Source of the DNA: Octopus vulgaris
Taxonomy: Eukaryota
Direction of reading: 5' to 3'
DNA: 64,000 bases
NCBI GenBank assembly: GCA_951406725.2
Contig: OX597818.1
Location: 70,184,001-70,248,000, forward strand
The position numbers and the translations under genes are program-made. Of this stretch, positions 1 to 13,199 are shown piece by piece; positions within the stretch are counted from its first letter, which is position 1; each line of letters begins with the position of its first letter. The notes under the pieces are model-generated. The model did not search any database. It was not told the DNA's origin and worked only from the letters and a program-made list of their open reading frames with translations.

Positions 1-488
1 CATGACCATACCAGCGCAAACATCTCTCTTGCACACCACAACTGATGCTTCTTAGGTCCAGCTTTTCTCTCAAGGTACTTACACTCTGCCGAGTATGAGT
101 ACTGACATTACACATCCATCGGAGCATACTGGCTTCATTTCTTGCAAGCTTACGCATATCCTCAGCTGTCACGGCCCATGTTTCACTGCCATGTGGCATG
201 GCTGTTCGTACACATGCATCATACAGTCTGCCTTTTACTCTGTGTGTGAGGCCTTTTGTCACCAGCAGAGGTAAGAGCTCTCTGAACTTTGTCCAAGCTA
301 TTCTTACTCTAGCAGTTACACTTTCAGCACACCCGCCCCCGCTGCTGACTTGGTCACCTAGGTAACAGAAACTATCAACTATTTCTAGTTTTCTCCCTGG
401 AAAGTGACGGAAGTTGGTCTCAGAGCATTTTCAGTGTTTATTGTTCCTGAGCATCTGCCACATACAAAAACCATCTTCCTAGTTAGCC
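1..488 (-). mobile_element. RTE-clade LINE fragment (end of PHD finger, RT motif 7 and thumb), decayed; runs off the window edge
   Basis: Minus-strand translation gives RLTRKMVFVCGRCSGTINTE...GEKLEIVDSFCYLGDQVSSGGGCAESVTARVRIAWTKFRELLPLLVTKG. It is collinear with the RTE ORF at 15585-16620. There are small frameshifts, and the 5' end stops at a (TA)n tract. Confidence 0.9.
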
Positions 489-513
489 TATATATATATA
501 TATATACATATAT

Positions 514-677
514 ACGATGGGCTTCTTTCAGTTTCCGTCTACCAAATCCACTTACAAGGCTTTGGTCATCCTGAGGCTATAGAAGAAGACACTTGTCTAA
601 GGTGCCATGCAGTGGGACTGAACCCGAACCATTTGGTTCGTAAGCAAGCTAATTGCCACACAGCCACTCCTAAGCCT
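514..677 (-). mobile_element. tRNA-derived SINE, family A (short form)
   Basis: Minus strand shows A-box-like TGGCTGTGTGG, B-box-like GGTTCAGTCC, a CORE-like CCTTAGACAAGTGTC and tail GAAAGAAGCCCATCG. It sits in (TA)n and has many homologues in the window. Confidence 0.85.
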
Positions 678-887
678 ATATATATATATATACTGGCACT
701 CAGTCACTGATGATGACAAGGGTTGCAGCTGTTCCAATCTCAATGGAACAGCTTTTGTGAGATTAACGTGCAAGGGGGCTGAGCAATTCACAGACATGCA
801 TGCTCCTTCATTAACTTCTCAGTGTGTCACAAGGCTCCAGCATATATAGATACATGTATGTATCTATATATATATAGAGAGAGAGAG

Positions 888-1620
888 AGGTAGACACAGG
901 AAAACCTGGGACGAGGTGGTGAAGCACGACCTTCGAACTTTAGGTCTCACTGAGGAAATGACTAGAGACCGAGACCTATGGAAGTATGCTGTGCATGAGA
1001 AGACCCGGCAGGACAAGTGAGACCATAACCCATGGCCTCTACCTGGGATGTAGCCAGTCCACTTATGCATACATTTCCTTCTTGGGACACAAAACTCTAC
1101 TTGTGAAGACCTGTTGAGGCAAGTGGGAATCAGAATCAAAATCGAAATCGATCAGCATCAATGGAAATTGTAGCTGTGATACCAGTGCCGGTGGCATGTA
1201 AGCAAACCATCCAAATGTAGCCATTGCCAGTGCCGCCCTGACGGGCTCCATGCCGGAGGCATGTAAAAAGCACCATCCGTTCGTGCTGTTGCCAGCTCCA
1301 CCCGGCCCCCGTGCCGGTGGCACGTAAAAAAATACCATCCGATTGTGGCTGTTGCCAGCCTCACCTGGCCCCCGTGCCAGTGGCACGTAAAAAGCACCAT
1401 CCGACCGTGGCCATTTGACAGCCCCGTCAGGCACCTGTGCCGGTGGCACGTAAAAAAGTACCCACTACACTCATGGAGTGGTTGGCGTTAGGAAGGGCAT
1501 CCAGCCGTAGAAACATTGCCAGATCAGACTGGGCCTGGTGCAGCCTTCTTGCTTCCCAGACCCCAGTTGAACCGTCCAACCCATGCTAGCATGGAAAGCG
1601 GAGGCTAAATGATGATGATG
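888..1620 (+). mobile_element. RTE LINE 3' end: ORF C-terminus, 3' UTR with 5 hairpin repeat units, and (GAT)n tail
   Basis: Translation GRHRKTWDEVVKHDLRTLGLTEEMTRDRDLWKYAVHEKTRQDK* matches the C-terminus of the 15585 ORF. It is followed by ~63-bp units GTGCCGGTGGCACGTAAAAAGCACC, a conserved GGTTGGCGTTAGGAAGGGCATCCAGC block and GATGATGAT. Confidence 0.9.
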
Positions 1621-1621
1621 A

Positions 1622-1825
1622 TCTTCTTTTACATACCTCGGCTCTATTGTGTCTGATGATGCAAAATTTGAAAAAGATATCCAAAACAGAATCAATAAGG
1701 CAAGTGAAGCATTTGGTAAGTTGCGACACAGACTCTAGAACAGCCACGATGTGTCTCTGAAATTAAAAGTAGCAGTCTACAAATCTGTTGTTCTATCTAC
1801 TCTTCTGTATTGTGCCGAAATGTAC
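1622..1825 (+). mobile_element. RTE/BovB-like RT motif 7-thumb fragment (separate family)
   Basis: SSFTYLGSIVSDDAKFEKDIQNRINKASEAFGKLRHRL*NSHDVSLKLKVAVYKSVVLSTLLYCAE, with typical FTYLGS...RI.KA..AFG.L...LLY.E motifs and one stop codon. Confidence 0.85.
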
Positions 1826-2106
1826 AAATTTGTAATTAAATTATTTGGTATTAATTGAAACGGCTGTAAGAAGCAAAGATGACCAATTTCTTAATAATAA
1901 ATAATTGTTAACTTCCTTATCTCCATTTTCTTCTCTTCTTTTAACTGGATATAAACTAAATGCTTAATATATACCTATTGTTTTAAGGGAATTTCATTCC
2001 CTAACAACACTAGGTATTGAACCAGTATTTCCTTGGATGTAACCATCCCTTCACGAGGTTAACATATCCTTTAATTAAATTAATATCTCTTTCTCTCTCT
2101 CTCTCT

Positions 2107-2147
<41 letters not shown>

Positions 2148-2652
2148 CACACACATACATGTGTATTTATGAATTTTGTGTATGTGCATGTGTGTGTGTC
2201 TGTCTGTGCATGTGTCAGTGTGTGGAGGGAGAGGTGGTGTGTGTGTAAAAGTAAGAGAGACTGGAAAAGGCAATATAAAAAGTATAGAAGTTCTCCCGTA
2301 ACATGAATATAAACTACAACAATGCGATTCCTTTTTGGTGCTGTTATTTCAGTTTCTTCACTATTTTGTTCATTATTTCAAACATTTTTTACAAGCTATT
2401 TTCTATGGGAAGAATGAAAAACATAAAAAGAACTAAAAAAAACAAAAATGATGCAATATCACCCACCCATACCCCTTTCCAACGATGCCATCCACACCAA
2501 AACAAAAAAAAAATGAGAAAAAACAAGAATATAAAAAAAAAGGCAGCAATGAAAAGGAATCTTTCTTCTCAACAATTATCTTCTCTTCTTACAATTAATC
2601 ATTTCTGTTGTTCTGTTTCTCTTGTTTTGTTGTTGTTTTAAATAAAGAAACC

Positions 2653-2689
<37 letters not shown>

Positions 2690-3194
2690 GAATAATGGAA
2701 TAATGGAATCTCTCTAAAGTATAAACTGACAATTAAAAGACTGCAAGTTTCACCTTTCTTTATTTCCTCATCCGGAATCCTAATGGAAGATTTCTTTTTG
2801 ACAAAAATGAAAGAAAAGAGGTCAACTTCAATAAGAAAGTGTAACAAAAGATAAGTAAATAAATAAAAAGTAATATAGATCTGGGAAACTTGAGGAAAAT
2901 ATTTTTGGTTATTATTCTAAAAAGAAACGAAATGATGGCAACAAAGTGCATTGTTAATTTTGATGTAAAGCATCAAGAACTAGAATAGCTCTTATTTGAA
3001 ACCAAACTTTTGCACTGCTTCACTTTTCATATTGTTTCATTTTTAACCAAAAATCATGAAAATGTTTGGTCCAGAATATTTATATCTCATTTCATTTATC
3101 CACTTTCTCATATATTTAATAGATTTTCCTGACTTTTTAAGACCTGACCTCATCCCTTCACCTGATCTTACCTCAATGGTGAAAAAGCCGTAGC

Positions 3195-3520
3195 TGTTGT
3201 CATCATCGTCATTTAGCATCCATCTTCCATGCTTGCATGTGTTGGATAGTCCGATAGAGTCTAACAATGTGGAGGACTGCCTTGTGCTTCTGTGTTGCCT
3301 TTGGCATGGTTCCTATGGCTGGATGCCCTTCCTAATGCCAACCACTTTACAGAGCATACTGAATACTTTTTACATAGCACCAGCACTAGTGAGGTTACCA
3401 AACAACTCACAAGACAAAGACGAGCCCTCGACTGAGTGGAGCTGTTGTTGCAGATAGAGAGGGGACTGTATATGCCAGGTATTGAGGGGCTAATTTGTGA
3501 ATGGGAGACAAGTTAAGGTG
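3195..3520 (-). mobile_element. Old RTE-tail-derived repeat
   Basis: Diverged reverse complement of the shared tail (CATCATCGTCATTTAGCATCC...GGATGCCCTTCCTAATGCCAACCAC). Confidence 0.6.
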
Positions 3521-4853
3521 TTTTACTTACAGCAGAGGCAGTTGCCATTGAGATTATTGGCAATCAAGACCAAACAGTGAGAATGGCAACGAAAAACTTT
3601 GCAGAATTTAGTTGTGTCATTTCCTGTTCTGATATAGATCCACACCAAAGCTGACATTTCTAATGAGGGGTCAATAAGATTAAGTGCCAGTCATATACTG
3701 GGGTCAATGCAATTTGGAGTCGTATTCCAATGTAAGAAATAGATAATGATGGTTGTTGTCTATTGAGTGGTTTTTAAGCAGCAGCAGCAGTAGTAGTAGT
3801 GGCAGTAGTGCAAGTTTCTGTTGACATAGCAGTAGTCTTTGGTTATATATTAATAAAGAGGAAATTAGATATAAGAAGTGTTATAAATTTCAATTATTGA
3901 TTTTTAGGAAAATCATTTAATTACATCAGCAATTTCATCTGCAAATTTAATTTCAGATTTCAGATCTGATCTCAAGAATTCCTAGAAGTAGTTCTATGAC
4001 TATTCAGAACAATATAACGACAAGTCAATCACAGAAGCCTCTGTATGATCCATTCATCTGCTGGAAATAGTAGCCTGATAAAATTATCCTCAAATCATAC
4101 CCTGTCATCGTAAAACAAGGGTGACACATTTTGGATAGGTGGGCCTAAATATACAATTCCTAAGAACTGTCATAAACGCTATGCCTTCAATTATGGGCTC
4201 ATTAGATAACTGCTGATCACCACCACCACCACCACCAACAACAACAACAAGAGCAACAACAACAACAATATGTAAAAAGAAATTTCAGTAAGAGCTTACT
4301 AGGAGTTGGCTAATTAAAAACAACAAAAATAAAGAATAAAAAATAACAAAATAAAGGTGTAAATATGCTCATGGCAAACGTGTATGAGCACATGTCCATA
4401 CATATACATGCATGTATGCACACACACATACATGTATCTGTGCATATGCTCATCTACACTTGCTTGAAACACACACATGTGTACCCCCACATTTGCCAAA
4501 AAATAATTTATGCATGCACACACACACACGCGCGCACTCAAAAGAGGTTCATATACACATCTATATACACACACACTCGCATGCACACAGACACGTCTGT
4601 ATATGCACATACCCAAACACACGCACACATCCACATGTGCACACAAAAAACCCCAATACACGCCTATATACGTGCAGGAAAAATGCAGGGTGGAGGGTAA
4701 AATACAGAAAAAATATGTGTAGAAAATATATGAGCAATAAACCTACAAAACAATATCTCTAAAAATATGTAAAAAATATATAAGAAATATAAATAAAGAG
4801 TATAGAGAGATAAAAAGCTTGTACGTGGACTCTATAAAAAAAGCAAGTCCTAT

Positions 4854-5081
4854 CTAATCTTGGGGGAACCAAAAATGTAACAAATATTTAACCACATATG
4901 GACATGATCCGAAAAGTTCAGTTCTTGAATTTAGACATGTGGTGGGGTCTAAGCTGCTTTTCCAGATAAGCCATCTTTCCATATCACAAAGACCGCACTT
5001 TCTATTGGTGTAGGGCTTGCACTTGGCTAAGCTCTTCCAATGGATGTTGTAACTGATACCTTTATCTTTTAAGGACCATAT
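4854..5081 (-). mobile_element. Penelope-like element, C-terminal half of the GIY-YIG endonuclease
   Basis: Open 76-codon frame IWSLKDKGISYNIHWKSLAKCKPYTNRKCGLCDMERWLIWKSSLDPTTCLNSRTELFGSCPYVVKYLLHFWFPQD*. It shows the PLE pattern IW.LK...W...PY...C.LC..E..I...LN.R.E...C. The 5' side is cut off just before a SINE. Confidence 0.8.
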
Positions 5082-5124
5082 TCATTGTTACAGCATCCCT
5101 TGTTACAACATCCATTGGGTTCCA

Positions 5125-5471
5125 GTTGATCCGATCAATGGAACAGCCTGCTCGTGAAATTAACGTGCAAGTGGCTGAGCACTCCACAGACATGTGTGCC
5201 CTTAACGTAGTTCCCAGGGAGATTCAGTGTGACACAGAGTGTGACAAGGCTGGCCCCTTTGAAAATACAGGTACAACAGAAACAGGAAGAAAAAGTGAGA
5301 GAGAAAGCTGTGGTGAAAGAGTACACCAGGATTCATCACCCCCACCTCCCTGCCAGAGCCTCATGGGGCTTTTAGGTGTTTTCACTCAATAAACACAATG
5401 CCCAGTTTGGGAATCAAAACCACAATCCTACGATCATGAGTCCATTACCCTAACCACTGGGCCATTGCGCC
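5125..5471 (-). mobile_element. tRNA-derived SINE, family B
   Basis: Minus-strand head GGCGCAATGGCCCAGTGGTTAGGG...GGTTTTGATTCC; body shared with copies at 715-838, 27733-27985 and 52780-53055. Confidence 0.8.
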
Positions 5472-5499
5472 TATGATGTATGTTTGTATGTATGTATGT

Positions 5500-5877
5500 A
5501 GGGCGACCTGCTGTGCTTGAGGAGATCTATTGAGTCAAGTACATCAACATCAAAGAAATCCAATGGAAATTGTTGTTGTGATACCTGTGCCGGTGGCACG
5601 TAAAAAGCACCACCCGGACATGGCCAATGCCAGCGCCACCTTGACTGGCTTCCGTGCTGGTGGCATGTAAAAAGCACCAACCAATCTTGGCCATTGGCAG
5701 TCTCCCCTGGCACGGAAAAAGCACCCACTACACTCACGGAGTGGTTGGCGTTAGGAAGGGCATCCAGCTGTAGAAACACTGCCAGATCAGACTGGAGCCT
5801 CCTGGCTTCCCAGACCCTGGTCGAACCGTCCAACCCATGCTAGCATGGAAAATGGACGTTAAACGATGATGATGATG
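5500..5877 (+). mobile_element. RTE 3' UTR/tail copy (3 hairpin units)
   Basis: GTGCCGGTGGCACGTAAAAAGCACC units, GGAAGGGCATCCAGC block and (GAT)n. Confidence 0.85.
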
Positions 5878-7014
5878 TATGTATGTATGTATGTGATGCA
5901 CTTCTTTCATTTTCTGTTAACCAAAGTGACTCACAAAGCTTTGTATGATCTGATGCTCTAATAGAAGACCTTTACTTTTCAACACTTGGGACTGAAACCA
6001 AAACCATGTGGTTAGGAATCAAGCACCAAAACCACACAGCAATTCTTTTATGGTGATTTTATATTTATAGACTCTTAATACTTTCAGACAGACCTTGTTT
6101 CGCTTCTCTCGATTGTTCTCTATTTATATCTCTTTTGCATGTCTCTGGGTGTTAAGCATTTTGTGTGTACATCATTTCAAGATTCGGTGCACTTTGTAAT
6201 CCATTGCATATATTTGATAATTGCAATGGGCTGTTTTGATTTGCAGCCTGAGGTTTACCTTATGATTGGTCATATACATATAAACACACACACACACACA
6301 AATTGAGTGAAAGAGACAGAATGGAATGTGACAATATTTAGAACTCCCTAATGTGTGTATATACATTTGGACACGTGAAAGAGTGTGAGTTTCCACATAT
6401 ATTTTCTCATGATTCCAGTTATGTTGATGGCCTGTTTTGAATATATTTTATAAACTCTAGAATTACGTATATTATACAGCCTGGCATAGTTGTCATATGA
6501 ATAGTTAGAGAATATATTTCTCTATACACGCTTTATATCATTATATGGAATACAGACGTGTGTGTGTGTATATATATATACACACACACACGTATACACA
6601 CACATTTCATCATTTCATATTCTTCATGATACTGTGTATTGTTTGTGCCAAAGATGTATAGACAGAAGACTACTTCCCCATCACATTACAACATATTTCA
6701 AACCGTTTTATGTATTTCTTCCAGTCATAACACCTTGAAAGACCATTCTTTAAAATACTATCCCATCTGCCATTGCTACATGTCATTTTACTCTGAAAGC
6801 AAGTTATTTATCTTTTCTGTACATGCCTGGACATGCTATTCATGAAATATACTGCCTAGATTTACTACAGAGACATTTCACCAACCCTGAAGATATTTCA
6901 TAAATTTTATATGAAAGATTCTTCTTTCTCTCAGATGGGATTTCTACATTCAACGACAAAACTCTCCTTAAATCTTCTTTGCATCTTTGTCAAAGAACAG
7001 CTCCATGAACATGT

Positions 7015-7015
7015 A

Positions 7016-7089
<74 letters not shown>

Positions 7090-7129
7090 CAATAACAATA
7101 ACAACAACAATAATAATAATAATAATAAT
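7015..7129. repeat. (AAT)n microsatellite
   Basis: Directly visible; explains the poly-N and poly-I ORFs. Confidence 0.95.
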
Positions 7130-7238
7130 GATAACAGACAAGATTATGCACAAAATTAGTAGTTAGTGCTGGCAGCTCTTGTTTTTGTATTTTTTTTATT
7201 GCTTTCTATCTTTTTCCCATTGTGGCTGATATAAAATG

Positions 7239-7281
<43 letters not shown>

Positions 7282-7669
7282 TGTTGTTGTTGTTGTCAGT
7301 AAGTAGGGAGTGAAGCTAGGTTAAAGACTATTTTGTAGAGTAACAGCAGCAGCAGCAGCTAAACAGACAAGATTTTGACAATGGAGAGAAGATGATGAAA
7401 GAAAGAAAGGAAAAACTACAACTGTAAGATGTTGATGCCCCAAGATAGACATAAAGATAGACATAAAGTTTCATGTTAACATTGTGTGCCAAATGATTGC
7501 AAAAATGTAATCACCTCTCAGTTCCACAAAACAAATTCACCACCAAAGCAGGCAGTGAAAATATAATCAGACAACCTAACACACACACACACACGCATGT
7601 GTGTGTGTGTGTGTGTGTGTGTGTATTACAATGATCACCTAATAGAAATCTATCAATCTCTATATTTGG

Positions 7670-7875
7670 ATTGTTCCTTCACTGTATCTAATATTTATGG
7701 CAAGAGTTCCAAACATTTATTCCAGTCTATTCAACATTTTCATGGCAAATGCTAAGAAAATGTTGGAAAGAGAAAGGTTTTAGCAGGCAACCTTGTTTTC
7801 GTCCCAAACATACTTCAACGCAGGGGAACCAATGATCTCACCATCATAACGTGGTACACTCAATATTTCAGCAGC
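7670..7875 (-). mobile_element. Heavily decayed non-LTR RT core fragment
   Basis: Frame-shifted minus-strand reading ...KQGCLL..LSNIFLAFAMK...GTLAINIRYSEGT resembles RQGC.LSP.LFNI...IRYADD. Confidence 0.5.
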
Positions 7876-8495
7876 AACAGTGATTTACATCTACTTTTTC
7901 ATGCCACTATGGGTCAGATGTTCTATTTATTAATTATTGTTTAAGGAACTGTCATAAGATTGGATGCCATTGTTGTGGCTAACCATTTTATTCACCTCTT
8001 GCAACATCCACCCAGTCACTGTTATTGTATAAAACCTCTATAATTCTCACTATCTTTCAGTCTACCCCTATCACCATCATAATTTTCTCCTGACCCTGCA
8101 AAGAGCAGCTTTAAAGCCAATAAAGTTGGAGTATAAAAGTGTTTTATTTGTTTTTACAATTATCAACCTGATGATGCTATTAGCACTGGACATCTTGACT
8201 TGGTTTACCCCTGAATCATGTCTGTAGGGTGGAGAGGGATTTGTGAGATACTGTGCAAGCCTTATTGGCCTAAGATCTTAGTTTGTGCAGTCGCCCAAGA
8301 GGTGATTGTCTGATGATGTAGGTGGGTGTTGCAGTGAATATGGAAGTCACAGGCATGATCCTAGGTGTAGTCAACTGCAGGTACAGTAACCTTATGTACA
8401 GGCATTGCTGAACTTTGGCATAAGCAATGTTCAGGGTCAGTCTTCCTAGGTCATGAGTGAACAGCCATCGTGATCATCATCATCATATATACATC

Positions 8496-8536
<41 letters not shown>

Positions 8537-8544
8537 TCATCTTC

Positions 8545-8728
8545 ATCATCATCATTGTTTAACGTCCGTTTTCCATGCTAGCACACGTTGGATGGTTCGA
8601 CCTGGGTCTGGGAAGCCTGGAGGCTGCACCAGGCTCCAGTCTGATCTGGCAGTGTTTCTACAGCTGGATGCCCTTCCTAACACCAACCACTCCGTGAGTG
8701 TAGTGGGTGCTTTTTACGTGCCACTGGC
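8545..8728 (-). mobile_element. RTE tail copy, 5' truncated
   Basis: Reverse complement of the shared tail with one hairpin unit. Confidence 0.85.
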
Positions 8729-10504
8729 ATACATACATACATAATCTAATGTTTGTGTGTGTGTGTGTTTTATGCTTTATGTAGGTGTGCACATAAAGCC
8801 TAATGGTTGAGACATTCACTTCACAATTACAAGGTCCAAGGTCCGACCACACTGCATGGCAACTCAAACAAGTGTCTTTTACTAACAGCTCAGTAAAACT
8901 ACACCAACACAAACTATATAAAGCAGTTAGAGGGATTCATCATCATCATAATCGTGATTGCATATGTTTATTTAAAGATACAGCTTTGTCTCAGAGTGTA
9001 ATCTTGAATTTGATTTTGAATTGCTTTAAGGACACATATGACTGTGGTACACTCAGCCTCTTACAGTTTGCTTCATTGAGAAGGTAACCCAGTTGATCGA
9101 ACAACTGGATGCTCCTCATAGAAACTGATGGAGATCCACTATTTGAGTGTGTGTGTGTGTGTGCCTACGAATCGTAATCTGGTTATTAATTTCATTACAA
9201 AGTGTGCTTAGGTGTAAGAAAATGTTTAATATCAGTTTGACATGTTCTCTTCAAAGTAGAAATGAGGAAAGCTGTGATAATTAGCCGACTTGATTACATG
9301 TTTCCAATAGACTTCATATCACATTGGATCTGGAAAAGGTGCTGTCAATGCTTTCATTGCATATATATGTGTACGTGTGTTAGCGTGTGTGTGTACATCT
9401 CTCTATCAATCTGTCTTTTTATCTTTCTGTCTGTGTGACAGCGGTTGTTTAGAATTTTCTCTTTATAGCATTAGATGTTACTGTATGTGTGTGTGTGTGT
9501 GCATGCACCTACACACACATATATCCACACATACAGCCATAATATATTATATGTGTATACAGAGAAGCACACCTCAATATAAATATTAAATTAAGGTTGT
9601 TTGAAATCAAATTTGATAGCGGAACTTTTGCTGATGGGGAAGCACAATACTGTGAGTCAAATTTATTATGGAATATAGACATATGAATGTGTGTGTGTGT
9701 GGGTGTGTGTTAGAGAGACAGACAGACAGACAGAGACAGAGTGAGTGCACATAAGTGAGTGAATGTGTATGGATTTGTGTGTATATTTGTGTATGTATAT
9801 AGAAACACACACACACATTTCTGTTTGAGGAATGGTATGTCTCGAGGCAAAGGAAACAAATAAATATTGGTTTGTTACTGTTTGAATAAAATATGTCAAA
9901 GACTCACTGTGAGATGAAACCCACACCTTTTGTAACCATGACAGACGTTTTGCCATTGGATCAAAGCAATCTTTTGAACTTCTCAAGCCATTTGAGAAAC
10001 TTTATTCTTACCAACGAAAATTCTATGTTGTTGCCATCATAAGAATTTAGAATCTTCAAGAATGTGAAATAATTCTTTTTAGATTAAGATGTAATCTGTA
10101 GAGATCAGTGAATGTAACAATGTATTTGCAATTGATTGGAATTTTGAGTAAGGTTCCATTTGGCAACTTGAGTAAGCTGACTGAGAAAAGGCTTTGAAGA
10201 AGGTTGCAAAAGGTTGCATGCAGTAGAGTCAATCATTTGCAGACACATTGAAAGAAACTGAGGCAGGAAATTTATTCTTATCTTAGATTTTATTAAACAG
10301 TTACAAAATTTTCTGCAACTAAAAGTTGGAAATAGATATAAATATAAGTTTTGATATAAAGTTTTTTGTAGTAGATCTGGAGGTCTGCTACTAAGTTGTG
10401 GACAACTTCACTGTCTGCAAGTGGCAAAGTGAAAAATAGTTAACTCTTTAAAAGTTACTGAAAAAAGAGGATTTTTTTAGGGCTGTCTTAAAGTTAAGCT
10501 AGGT

Positions 10505-10740
10505 TAGCACCACCTTGACTGGCGTCCATGTTGGTGGCACGTAAAAAGCACCCACTACGCTCACGGAGTGGTTGGCATCAGGAAGGGCATCCAGCCATAG
10601 AAACACTGCCAGATCAGACTGGTGCCTGGTGCAGCCCCCTGGCTTCCCGGATCCTGCTTGAACTGTCCAACCCATGCTAGCATGGAAAGCAGACGTTAAA
10701 CGATGATGATAATGATGATGACGGATGATGATGATGATGA
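10505..10740 (+). mobile_element. RTE tail copy, 5' truncated
   Basis: One hairpin unit, conserved block and (GAT)n. Confidence 0.85.
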
Positions 10741-11507
10741 AGTGGATAAGCTTGTCTAAAGTGAACTCTATCTCACCAAAGATGGTGACAAACTTGAGAA
10801 ATGCCACTTATAAATTCTGAGAGAAAGATTCCAATAACAATGGGAAGAAGCAAAAAGACTGAGGTTTGATTCTTGGTGGCAAATTCAGTGTGTGTCTGGT
10901 CCATCCTCATCATTATTTAACATCCATTTTTCTATGCTTGCAGGAGTTAGACACAGCTTGTTTGAGGCCAATTTTCTGTGGTCAGAGAGCCTTTCTTTTA
11001 CCAACACTCACTTGTTCCCAAATAAGGTAATATTTCTTCATGGCCAAACGTGTTCTCACAGAATTCTGGAAGTGAATGACTCATTTACACCTCTCAAGCA
11101 GTGCCAAGACAAGAAAACCCTAACATGCACACATTTATACACACACACACACGCACACACACACACACACACACACACTTTCATGCAAACGAGTTGATAA
11201 ATAGAAATTAAAAGAAATTAAAGGCTTAATTAGATACTTGACACCAACTCAAGAAAATGAGAAGAGAGCTTCCACTACCTCCAACACCACCACCACATCC
11301 ACCACCTCCACCATCACCACCACCAATACCACCACCACCTCCACCACCACCACCACATCCACCACCACCACCACCAATACCACCAACACCTCCACCACCA
11401 CCACTAACATGCATATTATAACACGTTTACCCTTACCTGTAGTCAGATCCTTTTGATGACTGCTTAATTTCTTCCTCTTTCTCCCTCTCTCTTTCTGTAT
11501 CTATCTA

Positions 11508-11542
<35 letters not shown>

Positions 11543-11631
11543 ATATAATTTGACAACTGTTAGCCCAGACCTGTTTCTTTTCTTGTTCCATCTCCATTTT
11601 GCCTTTCTCCATCTATTTTCTCTCCTCATTC

Positions 11632-11667
11632 CTTTCTGTTGAAGAACATAGGCTTGAAACATCAAAG
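11632..11667 (+). ncRNA. Decayed minimal hammerhead-like motif (PLE type)
   Basis: CTTT-CTGTTGA-A-GAAC-ATAG-GCTT-GAAA-CA-TC-AAAG. Stem I CTTT/AAAG is intact, the core has A6->T, and stem II/III changes partly fit CpG decay. Confidence 0.35.
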
Positions 11668-13199
11668 ACTTCTTCCATTTTTCCCAAGTGCCAAGCTAAT
11701 ACACCCTTGTTTGTTGTTCTGTCACCTGTCTCTATTTTTTTAAACTTTTTTTATAATTTTAAGCGATGTGTGTGTGCTCGCACGTGCATGTGTGCATGTC
11801 TGTGTGTGTGTGTGTGCAGCTGTAAAGCCGAATGCCCCAGTCGTCAATCTCTTATGATAAGACAAGGATTCTCTTTCCACTGCCTTTCTGCATCTTTAGT
11901 CTTAAAGAACTTTCTCTCTACCCTGACCTCTTACTGTTAACAACAACCTCACCAACCCCAACAATCATCATCATCATCATCATCAACTACTACAATTGCT
12001 GCTGCTGCTGCTGCTGCCTTGCTTTGGTGGTAGTCGTTAGTGATACGTTCTTGCGCTGCACATGCTAACTAATTAAAGTAATTATATAGTTGAGCTGACG
12101 GAGACGCAAGGGATGGAAATGTTCTTTTCAAAAGAAATAATAATAATAAAAATGAATAACAAAACCAAAAAAAGGGACAAGAAAATTTCATTGGTTATTA
12201 ATTGGTCCTTGTGCACCAATCAGTAAACTTGTGCCAGGCAAATAATTTATAAGGCGATGACTGTAGATATTCATTACAACATTCATTCCCCCTACTCCCC
12301 ACCCATTCTCCCCCCCCCCTCCCACCATTCTTTCAATTTCCATACATCTATCACTGACATCCTTCAGAGAAGATGACAAATAATGGTAAATGGCTTCCAC
12401 TTCATAACAGGTTTTGTAGTTTCTTTGCTGCAGACAGAATTTTTGGTGATTTGTGAATGTTTCATGGCCGTGGGTTATGAAAGCATCATCATCATCATCA
12501 TCACAATCATCATCACCATCATCATCACCATCATCACAATCATCCTCACCACTGTAATCTCATCATTATCATCATTGCCATGCTGATGATGATGATGATC
12601 ACCCTCATTCTTACCTTACCTTTTCTAATTAATCATTCACTCAGGTGGAATAGCTCTACTTATAGCACTCTTCAGGGCCCTGAATCTTAATGTGAGTGTG
12701 CTTTGATGCTAACTTCCTGCCATAGTCCTGTACCAAATTCCAGCAAAAGATTGGACTCCTTCGTTGAAGGTACCCAAAACATCAGAAATGCTGCTAAACC
12801 AGACAAAGAATGAAGCCTTCCATGTGAAATACATTTGATATGAATAGATTTGAGACTTCTCCCCAACCTCCACTTCACTCATGGAATTCTGTCAGTTTTA
12901 AAAATGGTAACAGTGATGGGGTGGGTGAGAAGAGGGATCAGCAAGGGGAGGTGTGAATTTACTGAGATGTCAGAAGTAAAAATATGATTTTATCTGATAA
13001 GGGAATGTCACCTTCCATAGACTTGTATCTTATCCATGGAGAAAGCTATTTCTCATCCTCTTAATAACATTTCAACCATTGATGAACATCAGCCACTGAC
13101 CCTTTCATTACATTCTATGTTCAGCTCCTTGTCCAGCTCAACTTTGTCTCTCGTCCTTCCAGAGTTGGAAAACGAAAAGTATCCATCAAGCACCAGTGT

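Noticed and set aside
514-677. tRNA genes suggested by A/B boxes
   Set aside because: There is no cloverleaf; the boxes are SINE heads followed by repeat bodies.
1185-1465. CRISPR-like array (palindromic 25-nt repeats with ~38-nt spacers)
   Set aside because: Spacers are homologous to each other, the array is part of an RTE 3' UTR repeated across the window, there are no cas genes, and the context is eukaryotic.
2735-2780. Minus-strand CGGATGAG...GAAACTTGCAGTC hammerhead-like motif
   Set aside because: The core is mutated and neither stem I nor stem II pairs; at most a very old relic.
3836-3860. TCTTTGGTTAT match to the miR-9 5' end
   Set aside because: Only 11 nt match, with no precursor-length hairpin.
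8163-8198. TCAA-c-CTGATGA-TGCT/AGCA...TTGA hammerhead-like 5' half
   Set aside because: No GAAA after stem II.
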